Shown: positions 39,454 to 49,776, counted from the first letter of the stretch. The stretch: DNA of 64,000 nt from an uncultured Holophaga sp. (GCA_963664825.1 OY761614.1:3200001-3264000), one strand, 5' to 3'. The notes: a model not told the origin generated them from the letters alone. Numbers and translations are program-made.

Positions 39454-41067
39454 ATGAGATTCCTGCTCTCCAGTCTTCCCATGGAACTCGGGGAAGAAAA
39501 CCGTCCCCTCGATCAGGTCCTGGCCCAGGCCCTGGGGGGAAGCCCTTCGGATTATGAAACCCCGAGGCTGGAACGGCGCAGCCTGGACGCTCGTCACAAG
39601 AGCCACATCCGCTACCTGGTGAGCCTCGGCTTTGGAACGGCACGCGCGGTTGCAACCATCCCACTCCCCCCGGGCACCCAGTTGGAGCCCGCGCCCGAGC
39701 CCCTTTCCTTCGAGGTGGCCGCCCTGACCCGGAAGCCTCGCGTGGTGATCGTAGGCTCCGGGCCCGCCGGAACCTTCTGCGCTCTGCGCCTCCTGGACTA
39801 CGGCATCGAGGCCGTGCTCCTGGAAAGGGGGCCGGAGATGGAGGAACGAGTGCGGAAGGTCGACGCCCTTTGGGAGGAGGGCGTGCTGGACCCAGGGGCC
39901 AATGCCCAGTTCGGGGAGGGCGGGGCGGGGACCTTCAGCGATGGCAAGCTCACCACCCGCATCGGGCATTCGGCCATCCGCTACGTACTCGAGACATTCG
40001 TGCGTTTCGGGGCTGACCCTCGAATTCTCTACCTAGCCAAACCCCACGTGGGCACCGATGTCATCCGCGCCTGTTCGGTGCGGATCCGGCAGGAGGCCCA
40101 GCGACAAGGGGTCATCTACCGATTCCGGGCGCGGCTGGCTGACCTGGAGGAGACCGATGGAAGGGTGGTGGCCGCCATTCTCGAGAATGGGGAAAGGATC
40201 CCCTGCGATGCCGTGGTCCTGGCGCCGGGCCATAGCGCCCGGGATACCTTCGAAATGCTGGCGCGGCATGGTGTGGCCATGCGGCAGAAGGCCTTCGCCA
40301 TGGGGGTCCGCATCGAACATCCCCAGGAGCTTCTGGATAAGGCCCAGTACGGGCCTTCCTGCGGTCATCCGAGCCTTCCCCCGGCTGACTACAAGCTGGT
40401 CTGCAACCTCAGCAATAACCGGGCGGCCTACAGCTTCTGCATGTGTCCCGGCGGCGAAGTCATCCAGTGTGCCTCCGAAGCCGGGGGGGTGGTGGTGAAC
40501 GGCATGAGCAATGCCCGGCGCGATTCGGGATTTGCCAATGCGGGCCTGGTGGCCAAGGTGAATACCTCGGATTTCCAGTCCGAGGATCTACTGGCGGGCA
40601 TGTACCTCCAGCGGAAATGGGAGCAGGCCTGTTTCCGGGCCGCCGGGGAGACCTACGGCGCGCCTGCCATGAGCGTCCAGGACTTTCTGAATTCAAGGGC
40701 CTCCGGCCAACTGCCCCGGAATAGCTTCCGGCCCTTCGCCGTACCGGCCGATCTGGGCACCTGCCTGCCGGATTTCGTCCTGGCCCAGTTGAGGGAGGCC
40801 CTGCCGGATTTCGAAAGGAAGATCCGGGGCTTCACGAGTCGGGAGGCCATGTTGCTGGCCATCGAGAGCCGCACCAGCAGCCCGGTCCAGCTTTTGCGGG
40901 CCGAGGATGGCCAGTCCCCGTCGCACCTCGGCCTCTACCCCTGCGGCGAGGGCGCGGGTTTCGCCGGCGGCATCACCAGCGCCGCCGTGGATGGCATCCG
41001 GGTGGCCGAATGGATCGCCTCTCAAGCCGGAGCACCCGTCTTTGAACCCTTCCTGAAGCGGATCTAG
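39454..41067 (+). CDS. Uncharacterised FAD-dependent oxidoreductase (COG2509-like)
   Basis: VGSGPAG, FGEGGAGTFSDGKLTTR, GHSARDT, SFCMCPGG and GEGAG.AGGI.SAAVDG motifs. Confidence 0.88.
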   Translation: MRFLLSSLPMELGEENRPLDQVLAQALGGSPSDYETPRLERRSLDARHKSHIRYLVSLGFGTARAVATIPLPPGTQLEPAPEPLSFEVAALTRKPRVVIVGSGPAGTFCALRLLDYGIEAVLLERGPEMEERVRKVDALWEEGVLDPGANAQFGEGGAGTFSDGKLTTRIGHSAIRYVLETFVRFGADPRILYLAKPHVGTDVIRACSVRIRQEAQRQGVIYRFRARLADLEETDGRVVAAILENGERIPCDAVVLAPGHSARDTFEMLARHGVAMRQKAFAMGVRIEHPQELLDKAQYGPSCGHPSLPPADYKLVCNLSNNRAAYSFCMCPGGEVIQCASEAGGVVVNGMSNARRDSGFANAGLVAKVNTSDFQSEDLLAGMYLQRKWEQACFRAAGETYGAPAMSVQDFLNSRASGQLPRNSFRPFAVPADLGTCLPDFVLAQLREALPDFERKIRGFTSREAMLLAIESRTSSPVQLLRAEDGQSPSHLGLYPCGEGAGFAGGITSAAVDGIRVAEWIASQAGAPVFEPFLKRI

Positions 41068-41088
41068 GGCGTAGACCGCAGTCCCGCC

Positions 41089-41349
41089 TCAGACGAGAAG
41101 ATTCAGGGCGCTTCCGGCGGTATTTCCCACGGCGTTCACGGCCCCGCTCTGGCTGTAGGCGTTCACGGGCGTGGTGTTGGCGGAAGTCTTTGCGGCTTCG
41201 GGATGGGTGAGGGAGTAGGCCAAGGCCTCTGCCGCCGAGACGATGCCATCCTGGTTGGTGTCTGCCGGATCAAAGGAAGCCGCATTGACCAGATTGGTGG
41301 TCTGGGAGGCCAAAATGGAAGAGATACTTTGGACGCCACTGATCGGCAT
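41089..41349 (-). CDS. Small EF-hand-containing protein (86 aa)
   Basis: Canonical loop DTNQDGIVSAAE. RBS GGAGGGAG before the ATG. Confidence 0.7.
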   Translation of the reverse strand: MPISGVQSISSILASQTTNLVNAASFDPADTNQDGIVSAAEALAYSLTHPEAAKTSANTTPVNAYSQSGAVNAVGNTAGSALNLLV

Positions 41350-41484
41350 GGGGTCTCCCTCCATAGGATCACCTCCATTATAGGTCTTTCGGTGGGTCAT
41401 ACCTCCTGAAGGCCAGTCCGCCCCTCTCTGCTAGAATCCAAGAAAGGCGGCCATCCGGCCGCTTCCTTTTTGCCGCGTGAGCCC

Positions 41485-43053
41485 ATGCCCCTTTCAGACG
41501 AGATCCAGCGCCGCCGCACCTTCGCCATCATCTCCCATCCGGATGCGGGCAAGACGACGCTCACGGAAAAGCTGCTGCTCTATTCCGGCGCCATCGATCG
41601 GGCCGGTTCGGTCAAGGGCCGTGAGCGGGGGGCCATGGCCCAATCGGACTGGATGAGCATCGAGCAGGAGCGCGGGATCAGCGTCACGAGCGCGGCCATG
41701 CAGTTCGACTACAAGGGTTATGCCATCAATCTGCTGGATACCCCGGGCCATCAGGATTTCAGCGAGGATACCTACCGGGCGCTCACGGCCGCCGATAGCG
41801 TGGTGATGTTGCTGGACTGCGCCAAGGGCGTGGAAGAACAGACCAAGAAGCTCTTCCGCGTGGCCAAGGAGCGTCAGCTTCCCATCTTCACCTTCGTCAA
41901 TAAGCTCGACAGGCCCGGCCGGGAACCCATCGAACTGGTGGACGAAGTGGAGGAACTCTTCGGGCTCCACGCGGTGCCCATGACCTGGCCCATCGGTTCA
42001 GGCCCGGATTTCAAGGGCGTCTATGTGCGCGCCACGGGACAGCTCCAGGTCTTCGAACGCACCAAGGCCGGCCAGAGGGCCCGTGTGGCGGGCAAGGGGG
42101 ATCTCAATGACCCTGAAATCGCCGCCCTGCTCACGCCCCAGGAACTCCAGCAGCTCAAGGACGATCTGGAGCTCATGGATCACGTGCTGCCCCCCTTCGA
42201 TAAGGAGGCCTTCCTGCGTGGGGAACAGTCCCCCATGTTCTTCGGCTCGGCCCTCAATAATTTCGGCATCGGGGAATTCCTGGACGAATTCCTGGACATG
42301 GCGCCGTGCCCCCACGCCCGTCCCCTGGCCGATGGCGGCGAACTGGAACCCGAGAAGCCCTTCACGGCCTTCGTATTCAAGGTGCAGGCCAACATGAACA
42401 AGGCCCACCGGGACCGGGTGGCCTTCGCTCGGGTGGTCTCGGGGCACTTCCAGCGGGGCATGGACGCCCTCCACGTGCGGGGCCAGAAGTCCATCAAGCT
42501 CAACTATCCCCATATGTTCTTCGGCCGGGAGCGGGAGATCGTCGACGAGGCCTTCCCGGGGGATATCCTGGGGCTCATCAATCCCGGCATGTTCCGCATC
42601 GGCGATGTGCTTTCGGCCGCAGGCCCCATCGAATTCCACGCCGTGCCCCGCTATTCCCCGGAACAATTCTCCGGTGTCCGCTTGATCGATCCCGGGGCTC
42701 GGAAGGGATTCCTGAAGGGCATCCAGCAGATCGCCGAAGAGGGCGTGGTCCAGCTCTTCTGGCCCAAGGGGGGCGCACCCCTGCCCATCCTGGGGGCCGT
42801 GGGCCGGTTGCAGTTCGAAGTGCTCCAGCACCGACTAAAGGACGAATACGCTTGCGCGGTCATGATGGAGCCGCGCACCTTCCAGATGGCCAGGTGGATC
42901 CAGGGCGGCTGGCCCGAGGCCAGTCACTACTGGGGGGAACTGGTGGAGGATTCCGAAGGCAATCCCGCCATCCTCTTCGAGAACGACTGGCAGCGGCGCA
43001 CCACGGCGGAAAAATGCCCCGACCTGGAGTTTCTGTTGCACCCCGCGAAATAG
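41485..43053 (+). CDS. prfC: Peptide chain release factor 3
   Basis: RRTFAIISHPDAGKTT.TEK, SDWM..E..RGIS, DTPGHQDFSEDTYR and GAVG.LQFEV motifs. Confidence 0.96.
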   Translation: MPLSDEIQRRRTFAIISHPDAGKTTLTEKLLLYSGAIDRAGSVKGRERGAMAQSDWMSIEQERGISVTSAAMQFDYKGYAINLLDTPGHQDFSEDTYRALTAADSVVMLLDCAKGVEEQTKKLFRVAKERQLPIFTFVNKLDRPGREPIELVDEVEELFGLHAVPMTWPIGSGPDFKGVYVRATGQLQVFERTKAGQRARVAGKGDLNDPEIAALLTPQELQQLKDDLELMDHVLPPFDKEAFLRGEQSPMFFGSALNNFGIGEFLDEFLDMAPCPHARPLADGGELEPEKPFTAFVFKVQANMNKAHRDRVAFARVVSGHFQRGMDALHVRGQKSIKLNYPHMFFGREREIVDEAFPGDILGLINPGMFRIGDVLSAAGPIEFHAVPRYSPEQFSGVRLIDPGARKGFLKGIQQIAEEGVVQLFWPKGGAPLPILGAVGRLQFEVLQHRLKDEYACAVMMEPRTFQMARWIQGGWPEASHYWGELVEDSEGNPAILFENDWQRRTTAEKCPDLEFLLHPAK

Positions 43054-43125
43054 GGAACCGGGATCCTGTTATCTTTCTTGATCCCGGCTGCCAGAATGCC
43101 GATAGAAATCCGTCAGGAGCGGGTC

Positions 43126-43428
43126 ATGCGCCAGGAAATCAAACCCGAGGACCTCATCGTCATCGAACAGGATGGCACCCGGCGCATCAACCACGACGTG
43201 CTGGAGTCTTACGGCCTGTTCAATCTGCCCAAGTCCATGATGCGCAGCGCACTGATGGTCTACTACGACAATGCCGCCCGCCAGGGACGTAGCGCTGCTT
43301 CCACCGTGCGGATCTTCATCACCCTGGCTAGTTCCATCACCCGCTTCCCCAAGCAGATCGCCATCAACTTCACCCGCGGCGGCGCCTACCGAAGGAACAT
43401 GAGAATGCTTCGACGATACAGCAGGTGA
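43126..43428 (+). CDS. Hypothetical basic protein (100 aa)
   Basis: RBS AGGAG and GC3-biased codons like neighbouring genes. No recognised motif. Confidence 0.7.
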   Translation: MRQEIKPEDLIVIEQDGTRRINHDVLESYGLFNLPKSMMRSALMVYYDNAARQGRSAASTVRIFITLASSITRFPKQIAINFTRGGAYRRNMRMLRRYSR

Positions 43429-43480
43429 GCGTAGCTCACCTGCTGTCCGGTCATCGAAGTTCGTAGAACCAAACGGAGCC

Positions 43481-44194
43481 CTACCTTCCCTCCGGTCCGC
43501 CCATGCGGTATCCGACTCCCACGATGGTCTCGATGAGACCCGCGGAGTCTCCCAGTTTGGCGCGGACCCTGCGCACATGGGCGTCGATGGTGCGGCTCTC
43601 CCCCAGGAATTCCAGCCCCCAGACCTGATGGAGGATCTTCTCCCGGCTGTGGACGCGGCGAGGGTTCTGGACGAAGTAGGCCAGGAGTTCGAATTCTCGC
43701 CGGGTTAGATCGATGGGGTCATCCAGGAGCTTGGCCTGGTGGGTCTTGAGATCGACGGAGACGGGGCCGAAGGAAAAGCGGGCGGGCTTGGGCTCCTGCT
43801 CCAGGAAGGCCGCCCTCCGGAGAATGGCGCGGAGCCGTGCCACCAGTTCCCGGCTGGACAGGGGCTTGGAGACGTAGTCGTCGGCCCAGAGATCCTGGGC
43901 CAGGACCCGGTCGATCTCCTCGTTCTTGCCGGTGACCAGCAGGACCGGAATATTCCGCGTCCGGTGATCCTGGCGGATGGTCCGCAGGGTTTCCAGCCCG
44001 TCCATATCCGGAAGGGTCAGATCCAGCACCACTACATCCGGATGGTCCTGGGGGCTCGAGGGGGGATGGGTAATAAACTTCAAGGCCTCCTGCCCGAAGG
44101 CGAAGGAGCTGACTCGAAACCCTTCTCCCCGGAGATGCCGTTCCAGCGCAGCCCGCAGATCGGCGTCGTCTTCCAGCAGGAGGAGATGGGGCAT
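43481..44194 (-). CDS. OmpR/PhoB-family response regulator (no adjacent kinase)
   Basis: LLEDD, LDLTLPDMDG, ADDY.SKP, LT.REFELL and RTIDAHV..VR.KL...IET..GVGY motifs. Confidence 0.92.
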   Translation of the reverse strand: MPHLLLLEDDADLRAALERHLRGEGFRVSSFAFGQEALKFITHPPSSPQDHPDVVVLDLTLPDMDGLETLRTIRQDHRTRNIPVLLVTGKNEEIDRVLAQDLWADDYVSKPLSSRELVARLRAILRRAAFLEQEPKPARFSFGPVSVDLKTHQAKLLDDPIDLTRREFELLAYFVQNPRRVHSREKILHQVWGLEFLGESRTIDAHVRRVRAKLGDSAGLIETIVGVGYRMGGPEGR

Positions 44195-44491
44195 CGGTGC
44201 TCCAGAGTGACCGGCGAGGGTCCAGGTCAAAGATCCCAGAATACCGGAAATTCCCCTGGGTCCAGGCCTTGACGAGGCTGGCCTTGCCGTGGAGACCTTG
44301 CCCTGAGACAATACAAGGGAAAGCCAGAACGGACCGGAAGCCCGCGTCAGACTGGTGAAGTCTCAATCCATGCTCCAGGTCTTCGTGGAAAACCCTGGTT
44401 TCCCCCCATCTCCCACCCGTACCTGTCCCATCCCATTCCGAAGGTCGCTCCACGTTGGAGCACGCGTCGCGGCCTGATTACAGGAGTTCCA

Positions 44492-46681
44492 TTGATCAAA
44501 AAAATCATGCTCATCAATGCCACGGATTCTGAAGAGATCCGTGTGGCCACCCTCGTGGACGGGGTCCTCTCGGACTACGACATCGAGTTCGTCCACAACG
44601 AGAAGATCAAGGGCAATATCTACAAGGCCAAGGTGGTCCGGGCCGACACCAGCCTCCAGGCCGCCTTCATCCACTACGGTGGCCAGAAGAATGGCTTCCT
44701 CCCCATCGGCGAACTGCCCCGGGATCTGGTGAGCGGCGATGGCCGTCGGGGCCGCATCCAGGATCTGCTCAACCGGGACCAGGAGATCATGGTCCAGGTC
44801 GTGCGCGAGGAGCTGGGCTCCAAGGGCGCCATGATGACGGCCCAAATCAGTCTGCCCGGACGCTACCTCGTGCTCACCCCCGGCAATCCCCTCAACGGGA
44901 TCAGCCGCAAGATCGAGAGCCGCGAAGAACGGGAGCACTTCAAGCGCCTCATCGACGAACTGGATATCCCCAAGAATTTCGGTGTCATCGTCCGCACGGC
45001 CTCCCTGGGGGTCACCAAGGACGATTTTCAGCGCGATCTGGAATATCTGCTCGACACCTACAAGGAGGTCCAGGCCCGCTACAAGAATCGGCACGGGGCC
45101 GGACTGGTCTGGCAGGAGGATGATGTCGTCACCCGTACCCTGCGGGATGGCTTCACGGCCGATATGGAAGAGGTCAGCATCGATGATCTCGATACCTTCC
45201 ATGCCGCCCAGAGTTTCTTCCGCCGCACCATGCCCCAGCACGAGGGGGTCCTCAAGCACTACATCGGCAAGAAACCCCTCTTCTCGAAATTCCAAACCGA
45301 CGAACAGATCGATCGCATCTATGCGCGGAAGGTGAGCCTGCCCTCGGGAGGCGCCCTGGCCCTCGATCAGACGGAAGCCCTGGTGGCCGTGGACGTGAAT
45401 TCCGGCAAGACCAGCGGGGAAGGCGTCGAGGACATGGCCTTCAAGGCCAATATGGAAGCCGCGGAGGAAGTCGCCCGCCAGCTGCGTCTGAGGGATCTGG
45501 CGGGCCTCATCGCCATCGATTTCATCGATATGAAGAAGGAGTCCCACAACAAGGCCGTCATGGAGCGGCTCGTGGACTGCCTCAAGGAGGACAAGGCTCG
45601 CATGGAGGTCGGCAAGATCAATCGCTTCGGTGTGCTCGTCATGACCCGCCAGCGCCTGCGTCCCTCCCTCCAGCACGTCACCCACGAAGCCTGCCCCACC
45701 TGCCAGGGTACCGGCCAGGTGAAGAATATCGAAGCCCTCGTCCTCAGCGTTGTGCGGCGCCTGAAGTCCATCCTCAGCAAGGATGGCATCTCCGAAGTGC
45801 GCATCAAGCTGGCTCCCGCCATCGCCATGTCGGTGCTAAACCAGAAGCGGAAGGATCTCGCCGAGCTCGAAGAGGGCCACGATTGCAGCATCCTGATCCT
45901 GGCCGACCCCGAGACCGGGTACGGAGAGATGGCCGCCGAGATCGAACGGCGCGACGAGGAGGTTCCGGAGAAGCCCCTGGCACCGCGCCCTGAGCGACAC
46001 CAGGACCGGGAGGAAGAGACCGTCGTCTTGGGAGGGGATGCCCCCATCTCCTTCGAAAAGGCGCTCGGACTCGAGCCCAAGCGCGTCGTGCCCCCTGCGG
46101 ATGCCGAGATCAAGTACGATCGCAGGGATGCCCAGCGGGCCGCCATCGATGAGCGGGAGCGCCTGCGCGCCCTCTTTGAGAGCGCCAAGCCCCTGGATTT
46201 GACCGATGACTCAGCCGATAGCCGGGTCGATGACCAGGCTGATGAGTCCAATGACGATGCACCGATGCGCGAGCCCTTGCAGGCCCCAGAGGCCTCCACA
46301 CCCGTGAAGCCCCGGGGTCGTGGTCGGGGGAAGGGCCCCAAGCCCGAGCCGAACAAGCCTGAGCCGACTGCGATCGTTGCAGAGGCTACCCCTCGGATCA
46401 CGGTGGTCTCCCTTCCCGAACCCGAGCCCGAACTCGAGCCGGAATCCGTTCAGCCCGTCTTTGATCCATCCCTGGTGGCGGACCTGACGAGGCCCACGCC
46501 TCGTCCCAGGCTCCAGGCGGCCCCCGCGCCGATCCTGGAGGCCCCCGTCGTCAAGCGAGGGAGGCCCAAGAAACAGCCCACCGAGGGGGCCAAGGCCGTC
46601 AAGCCGAAGTCCGTTGTACCCAAGGCGCCCCTGAAGGCCAAGACTCCGGCCAAGGCCGTCAAGCCGAAGTCCAAGTCCTGA
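44492..46681 (+). CDS. rne: Ribonuclease E/G family with long disordered C-terminal tail
   Basis: GNIYK..V, QAAF, KG...T..ISLPGRYLV, DVNSG, RLRDL.G.I.IDFIDM and CPTC.G.G. TTG start with AGGAG RBS. Confidence 0.9.
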   Translation: MIKKIMLINATDSEEIRVATLVDGVLSDYDIEFVHNEKIKGNIYKAKVVRADTSLQAAFIHYGGQKNGFLPIGELPRDLVSGDGRRGRIQDLLNRDQEIMVQVVREELGSKGAMMTAQISLPGRYLVLTPGNPLNGISRKIESREEREHFKRLIDELDIPKNFGVIVRTASLGVTKDDFQRDLEYLLDTYKEVQARYKNRHGAGLVWQEDDVVTRTLRDGFTADMEEVSIDDLDTFHAAQSFFRRTMPQHEGVLKHYIGKKPLFSKFQTDEQIDRIYARKVSLPSGGALALDQTEALVAVDVNSGKTSGEGVEDMAFKANMEAAEEVARQLRLRDLAGLIAIDFIDMKKESHNKAVMERLVDCLKEDKARMEVGKINRFGVLVMTRQRLRPSLQHVTHEACPTCQGTGQVKNIEALVLSVVRRLKSILSKDGISEVRIKLAPAIAMSVLNQKRKDLAELEEGHDCSILILADPETGYGEMAAEIERRDEEVPEKPLAPRPERHQDREEETVVLGGDAPISFEKALGLEPKRVVPPADAEIKYDRRDAQRAAIDERERLRALFESAKPLDLTDDSADSRVDDQADESNDDAPMREPLQAPEASTPVKPRGRGRGKGPKPEPNKPEPTAIVAEATPRITVVSLPEPEPELEPESVQPVFDPSLVADLTRPTPRPRLQAAPAPILEAPVVKRGRPKKQPTEGAKAVKPKSVVPKAPLKAKTPAKAVKPKSKS

Positions 46682-46691
46682 GGGCGCCTCG

Positions 46692-47429
46692 ATGACCCCA
46701 GGTTCCCTTTACTGGCTGGCCCCCATCGCTGCCCTGGCCACCCTCTTCGGAGGGTGGCTGGTGGTGCAGTTCTTTCGTGGCAAGGCCAGCCATATGCGCC
46801 ATCTCTCCGGCATCGCCGCCGGGTATTTGGTGGCCGTGACCCTGGTGCGCATTCTTCCGGAATCCATCCACTTCGGTGGTGATGGCATGGCCTACTGGGC
46901 GCTCGGGGGCTTCATCTCGGTCCACGTGATCGAGCACGGCATCAGTCCCCATTTCCACTATGGCGAGGAGACCCATGTCCACGAGGTCCAGGGGTTGGCG
47001 GGCGTCCTAGCCCTGGTGGGGCTTTCCCTGCACAGTTTCATGGATGGCATGGCCATCACCGCCGCCCTCCGGGCCCAGAGCACCCTGGGGACCCTGGTCT
47101 TCCTGGGCATCCTGCTCCATCGGATCCCCGAGGGGGGGACCATCAGCTCCATCTTCCTGGTGCGGGGATTCGGAAAACGGGGCGCCATCCTCGCGGCGGC
47201 AACGCTGGCCCTGGCGGCCTGGCTCGGCGCCATGTCCCAGGATGTACTGAAGCTCCCCGTCGGTCCCGTACTGGGGCTGGCCGCGGGGCTGGCCCTCTAC
47301 GTCTCCAGTTCCGATCTGTTGCCCGAGGCCCAGAAGGAAAAGGGATGGAAGAGCACCCTCGGGCTGCTGGGCGGGACCCTGCTCTTCCTGCTCACCTCCG
47401 CCCTTGTGCACCATAGTCACGGTTTCTGA
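46692..47429 (+). CDS. ZIP-family metal transporter
   Basis: LHS..DG and H.IPEG metal-site motifs, His-rich loop, SDLLPE. Confidence 0.88.
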   Translation: MTPGSLYWLAPIAALATLFGGWLVVQFFRGKASHMRHLSGIAAGYLVAVTLVRILPESIHFGGDGMAYWALGGFISVHVIEHGISPHFHYGEETHVHEVQGLAGVLALVGLSLHSFMDGMAITAALRAQSTLGTLVFLGILLHRIPEGGTISSIFLVRGFGKRGAILAAATLALAAWLGAMSQDVLKLPVGPVLGLAAGLALYVSSSDLLPEAQKEKGWKSTLGLLGGTLLFLLTSALVHHSHGF

Positions 47430-47436
47430 GATCAGG

Positions 47437-49776
47437 GTGGGCGCTCGGCTCCCGGTCCACCGAAAGGCCGCTCCTGGAGCGGCGAGGGCCCTATTCCTCT
47501 CGGCCCTGACCAGCTTCCTCAGTGCCCAGGGCCTGCCCGGCATTCCCGGGAAACTGCCTCCCGCCCAAGCCCCCGCGGTTCCCGAGCTCCTGCCTCTGCG
47601 CCCCTTCCTGCCCGAGGCGGGGGAGGGCGAGGGTCGAGCCCTGCGCTGGCGGGGAGAACGGGTGCAGGAGAACGAAGGCCTCTGGATCATTGAGAAGGGG
47701 GCCATCCAATCCGAAGACGTGCTTCTCCTGGCCGATCGCATCACCTATGACCGCAAGACCGGGATGCTGGAGGCCTTCGGGAGGATCCGCCTGGAGGGGC
47801 CCGATCTGAGGCTTCGGTGCGAGCGCCTACGCATGGACTGGAATCGCAAGATCGGCGACGCCTGGGCCCTGGAACTGGAAGTGCCCCCCAGCTGGACGTT
47901 GCGTTCCAGCCATGTGGCCTTCACCACGCTGAAGACCTGGGATTTCGAGACGGTGGAGATCAGCCCCTGTCCCCAGGAGAGACCGGGCTGGTCCGCCCAA
48001 CTCTCCCGCATGAGGCTCGAACTCGAGGGTTTTGCCACCTTCCGCCATGCCAAGGTGATGGTAGCGGGGGTGCCCGTGCTCTACCTGCCCTGGGGGGCTT
48101 ACCCCGCCAAGGCCGAACGGAGCTCCGGACTGCTGCCCATCCAGCCGGGCTACTCGAGTCACCTCGGCGTGCGGCTCGGGCTTTCCTACTATCAGGTCCT
48201 GGGCAACACCATGGATGCCACCTTCGCGCCGGAATTCTTCAGCAAGGAAGGGGCGCTATGGGGGGGAGAATTCCGATGGAATCCTGAATTGACGCATTCC
48301 GGAAGCTTCCAGGCCCAGTACATCAAACAGCGCAGCAATGACGAGACCCGGTACCGGTACAAGTTCCAGGAACTCTGGCAGCGGGAGGACGGGTGGCAGT
48401 TTTCCGCCGATCTGAACCAGGCCTCCGATTCCCTCCTCGAATCCGACTATGGGCGCTCCGTGAGCGGGCTGGGAACCCAGTCCTTCGATAGCGCCATCTT
48501 CCTGGGGAAGAACTTCCCCTGGGCCTCGGTGAACCTCTCGGCAGCCGAACAACGGAGCTTCTTCCTGCCGGAGGACACCTCCTTCTACCGCACGGATTTC
48601 CCCACCTCCCTGCGCAGGCAGTCCCTCCCCCAGCTGCAGGCGAGGCTCTACCCAATCCCCTTCGGCGAGTTCTATCTCGATGGAGGCGCCAATCTCAGTC
48701 GCTTCGCCTACCGCCTGGATCTGGGAGAGGACAAGGCCGACACGGCCTATGCCTGGACGCGCAACGATTGGTCGGCACGCATGCATGGCCGCTTGGGCCA
48801 GTGGGGGCCCTTCCGGGCGGATCTTCAGCTGGCCGGGCGGTACACGGGCTACAGTTCCTCCCTCAGGGAATCCGTTTTCGATGCCACGGGATCCACCAAT
48901 GGCGAATTGCTGGATCCTTCCCAGAACCCCTCCTTCGACCCCTTCCGAGTGGATGATCGGGCAGTGCAGCGGCTCCTGGGGTCCAGCCGCCTGCAGTTCT
49001 CCGGACCTCAGCTGGGGCGCACCTTCGAGAAACTCGAACTCTTCGGTTACTCAGGGGATCTCAAGCATGTGCTGGAGCCCTTCGTTGCCTTCACCAAGAA
49101 CAGCCGATCTTCCGTCGCGGGAAACCTGCCGCGCTTCGATGAGGTGGATTCCAGGCCCGGGGTGGAAGGCAGTGCCGATGGCGAACAGAGCATCGAGATC
49201 GGCATGAAGCAGCATCTGTTGGGGCGGCCCGGAAAGGGCAGTGATTTCGCCGACCTCGTGAGGTGGCGCATTTCCACCCGCTACCAGTCCCAGCCCATCC
49301 TGCTTTCCGATGGCCGTTTCAAGCAGGGCTGGGCCTCCGTGGACAACGATATCGATGTGGAGCCCAATGATCGGTTCCGGATGAGTTTCCGGAGATCCTC
49401 CGAGATCGGTTCATCCGGTTCCGATAGTTCCCTTTCGGCCGAGTACACCTCTTCCCAGGGAAGCCGTTTCAATTTCGCCTTCTTCTCCACGGGGATCAAC
49501 CGGTTCCTGGTGCGCCAGCGGGGCATCCAGGTCGGGGGGATCCAGCGCTTCTTCGACGACCGGTGGCGCCTGGAATTCCAGGCCAACTACGATTACCACC
49601 GCAGGGAGTTCTCTTCCAGTCAGGTCGCGCTGGCGTACCTGACGCCCTGTGTCGCCACCCGCCTGCGTTTCAGTCATGTGGCCATCCAGGCCACCGGCGC
49701 CCTCAACAAGGAAGACCGGTTGGATCTCATCCTCACCCTTCGGGGCCTGGGAGATCTCTTCAGCCTGGGGCTATGA
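47437..49776 (+). CDS. lptD: LPS-assembly protein LptD (start uncertain)
   Basis: N-terminal OstA-like L.AD.I.YD, C......W, VP..YLP....P....R.SG.L, and an aromatic-rich beta-barrel ending in L.L.GLG. Confidence 0.85.
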   Translation: MGARLPVHRKAAPGAARALFLSALTSFLSAQGLPGIPGKLPPAQAPAVPELLPLRPFLPEAGEGEGRALRWRGERVQENEGLWIIEKGAIQSEDVLLLADRITYDRKTGMLEAFGRIRLEGPDLRLRCERLRMDWNRKIGDAWALELEVPPSWTLRSSHVAFTTLKTWDFETVEISPCPQERPGWSAQLSRMRLELEGFATFRHAKVMVAGVPVLYLPWGAYPAKAERSSGLLPIQPGYSSHLGVRLGLSYYQVLGNTMDATFAPEFFSKEGALWGGEFRWNPELTHSGSFQAQYIKQRSNDETRYRYKFQELWQREDGWQFSADLNQASDSLLESDYGRSVSGLGTQSFDSAIFLGKNFPWASVNLSAAEQRSFFLPEDTSFYRTDFPTSLRRQSLPQLQARLYPIPFGEFYLDGGANLSRFAYRLDLGEDKADTAYAWTRNDWSARMHGRLGQWGPFRADLQLAGRYTGYSSSLRESVFDATGSTNGELLDPSQNPSFDPFRVDDRAVQRLLGSSRLQFSGPQLGRTFEKLELFGYSGDLKHVLEPFVAFTKNSRSSVAGNLPRFDEVDSRPGVEGSADGEQSIEIGMKQHLLGRPGKGSDFADLVRWRISTRYQSQPILLSDGRFKQGWASVDNDIDVEPNDRFRMSFRRSSEIGSSGSDSSLSAEYTSSQGSRFNFAFFSTGINRFLVRQRGIQVGGIQRFFDDRWRLEFQANYDYHRREFSSSQVALAYLTPCVATRLRFSHVAIQATGALNKEDRLDLILTLRGLGDLFSLGL

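Noticed and set aside
46588..46672. CRISPR-like repeat pair (25-bp repeat, 35-bp spacer)
   Set aside because: Only two copies, in frame inside the RNase E coding tail, with no cas genes in the window.
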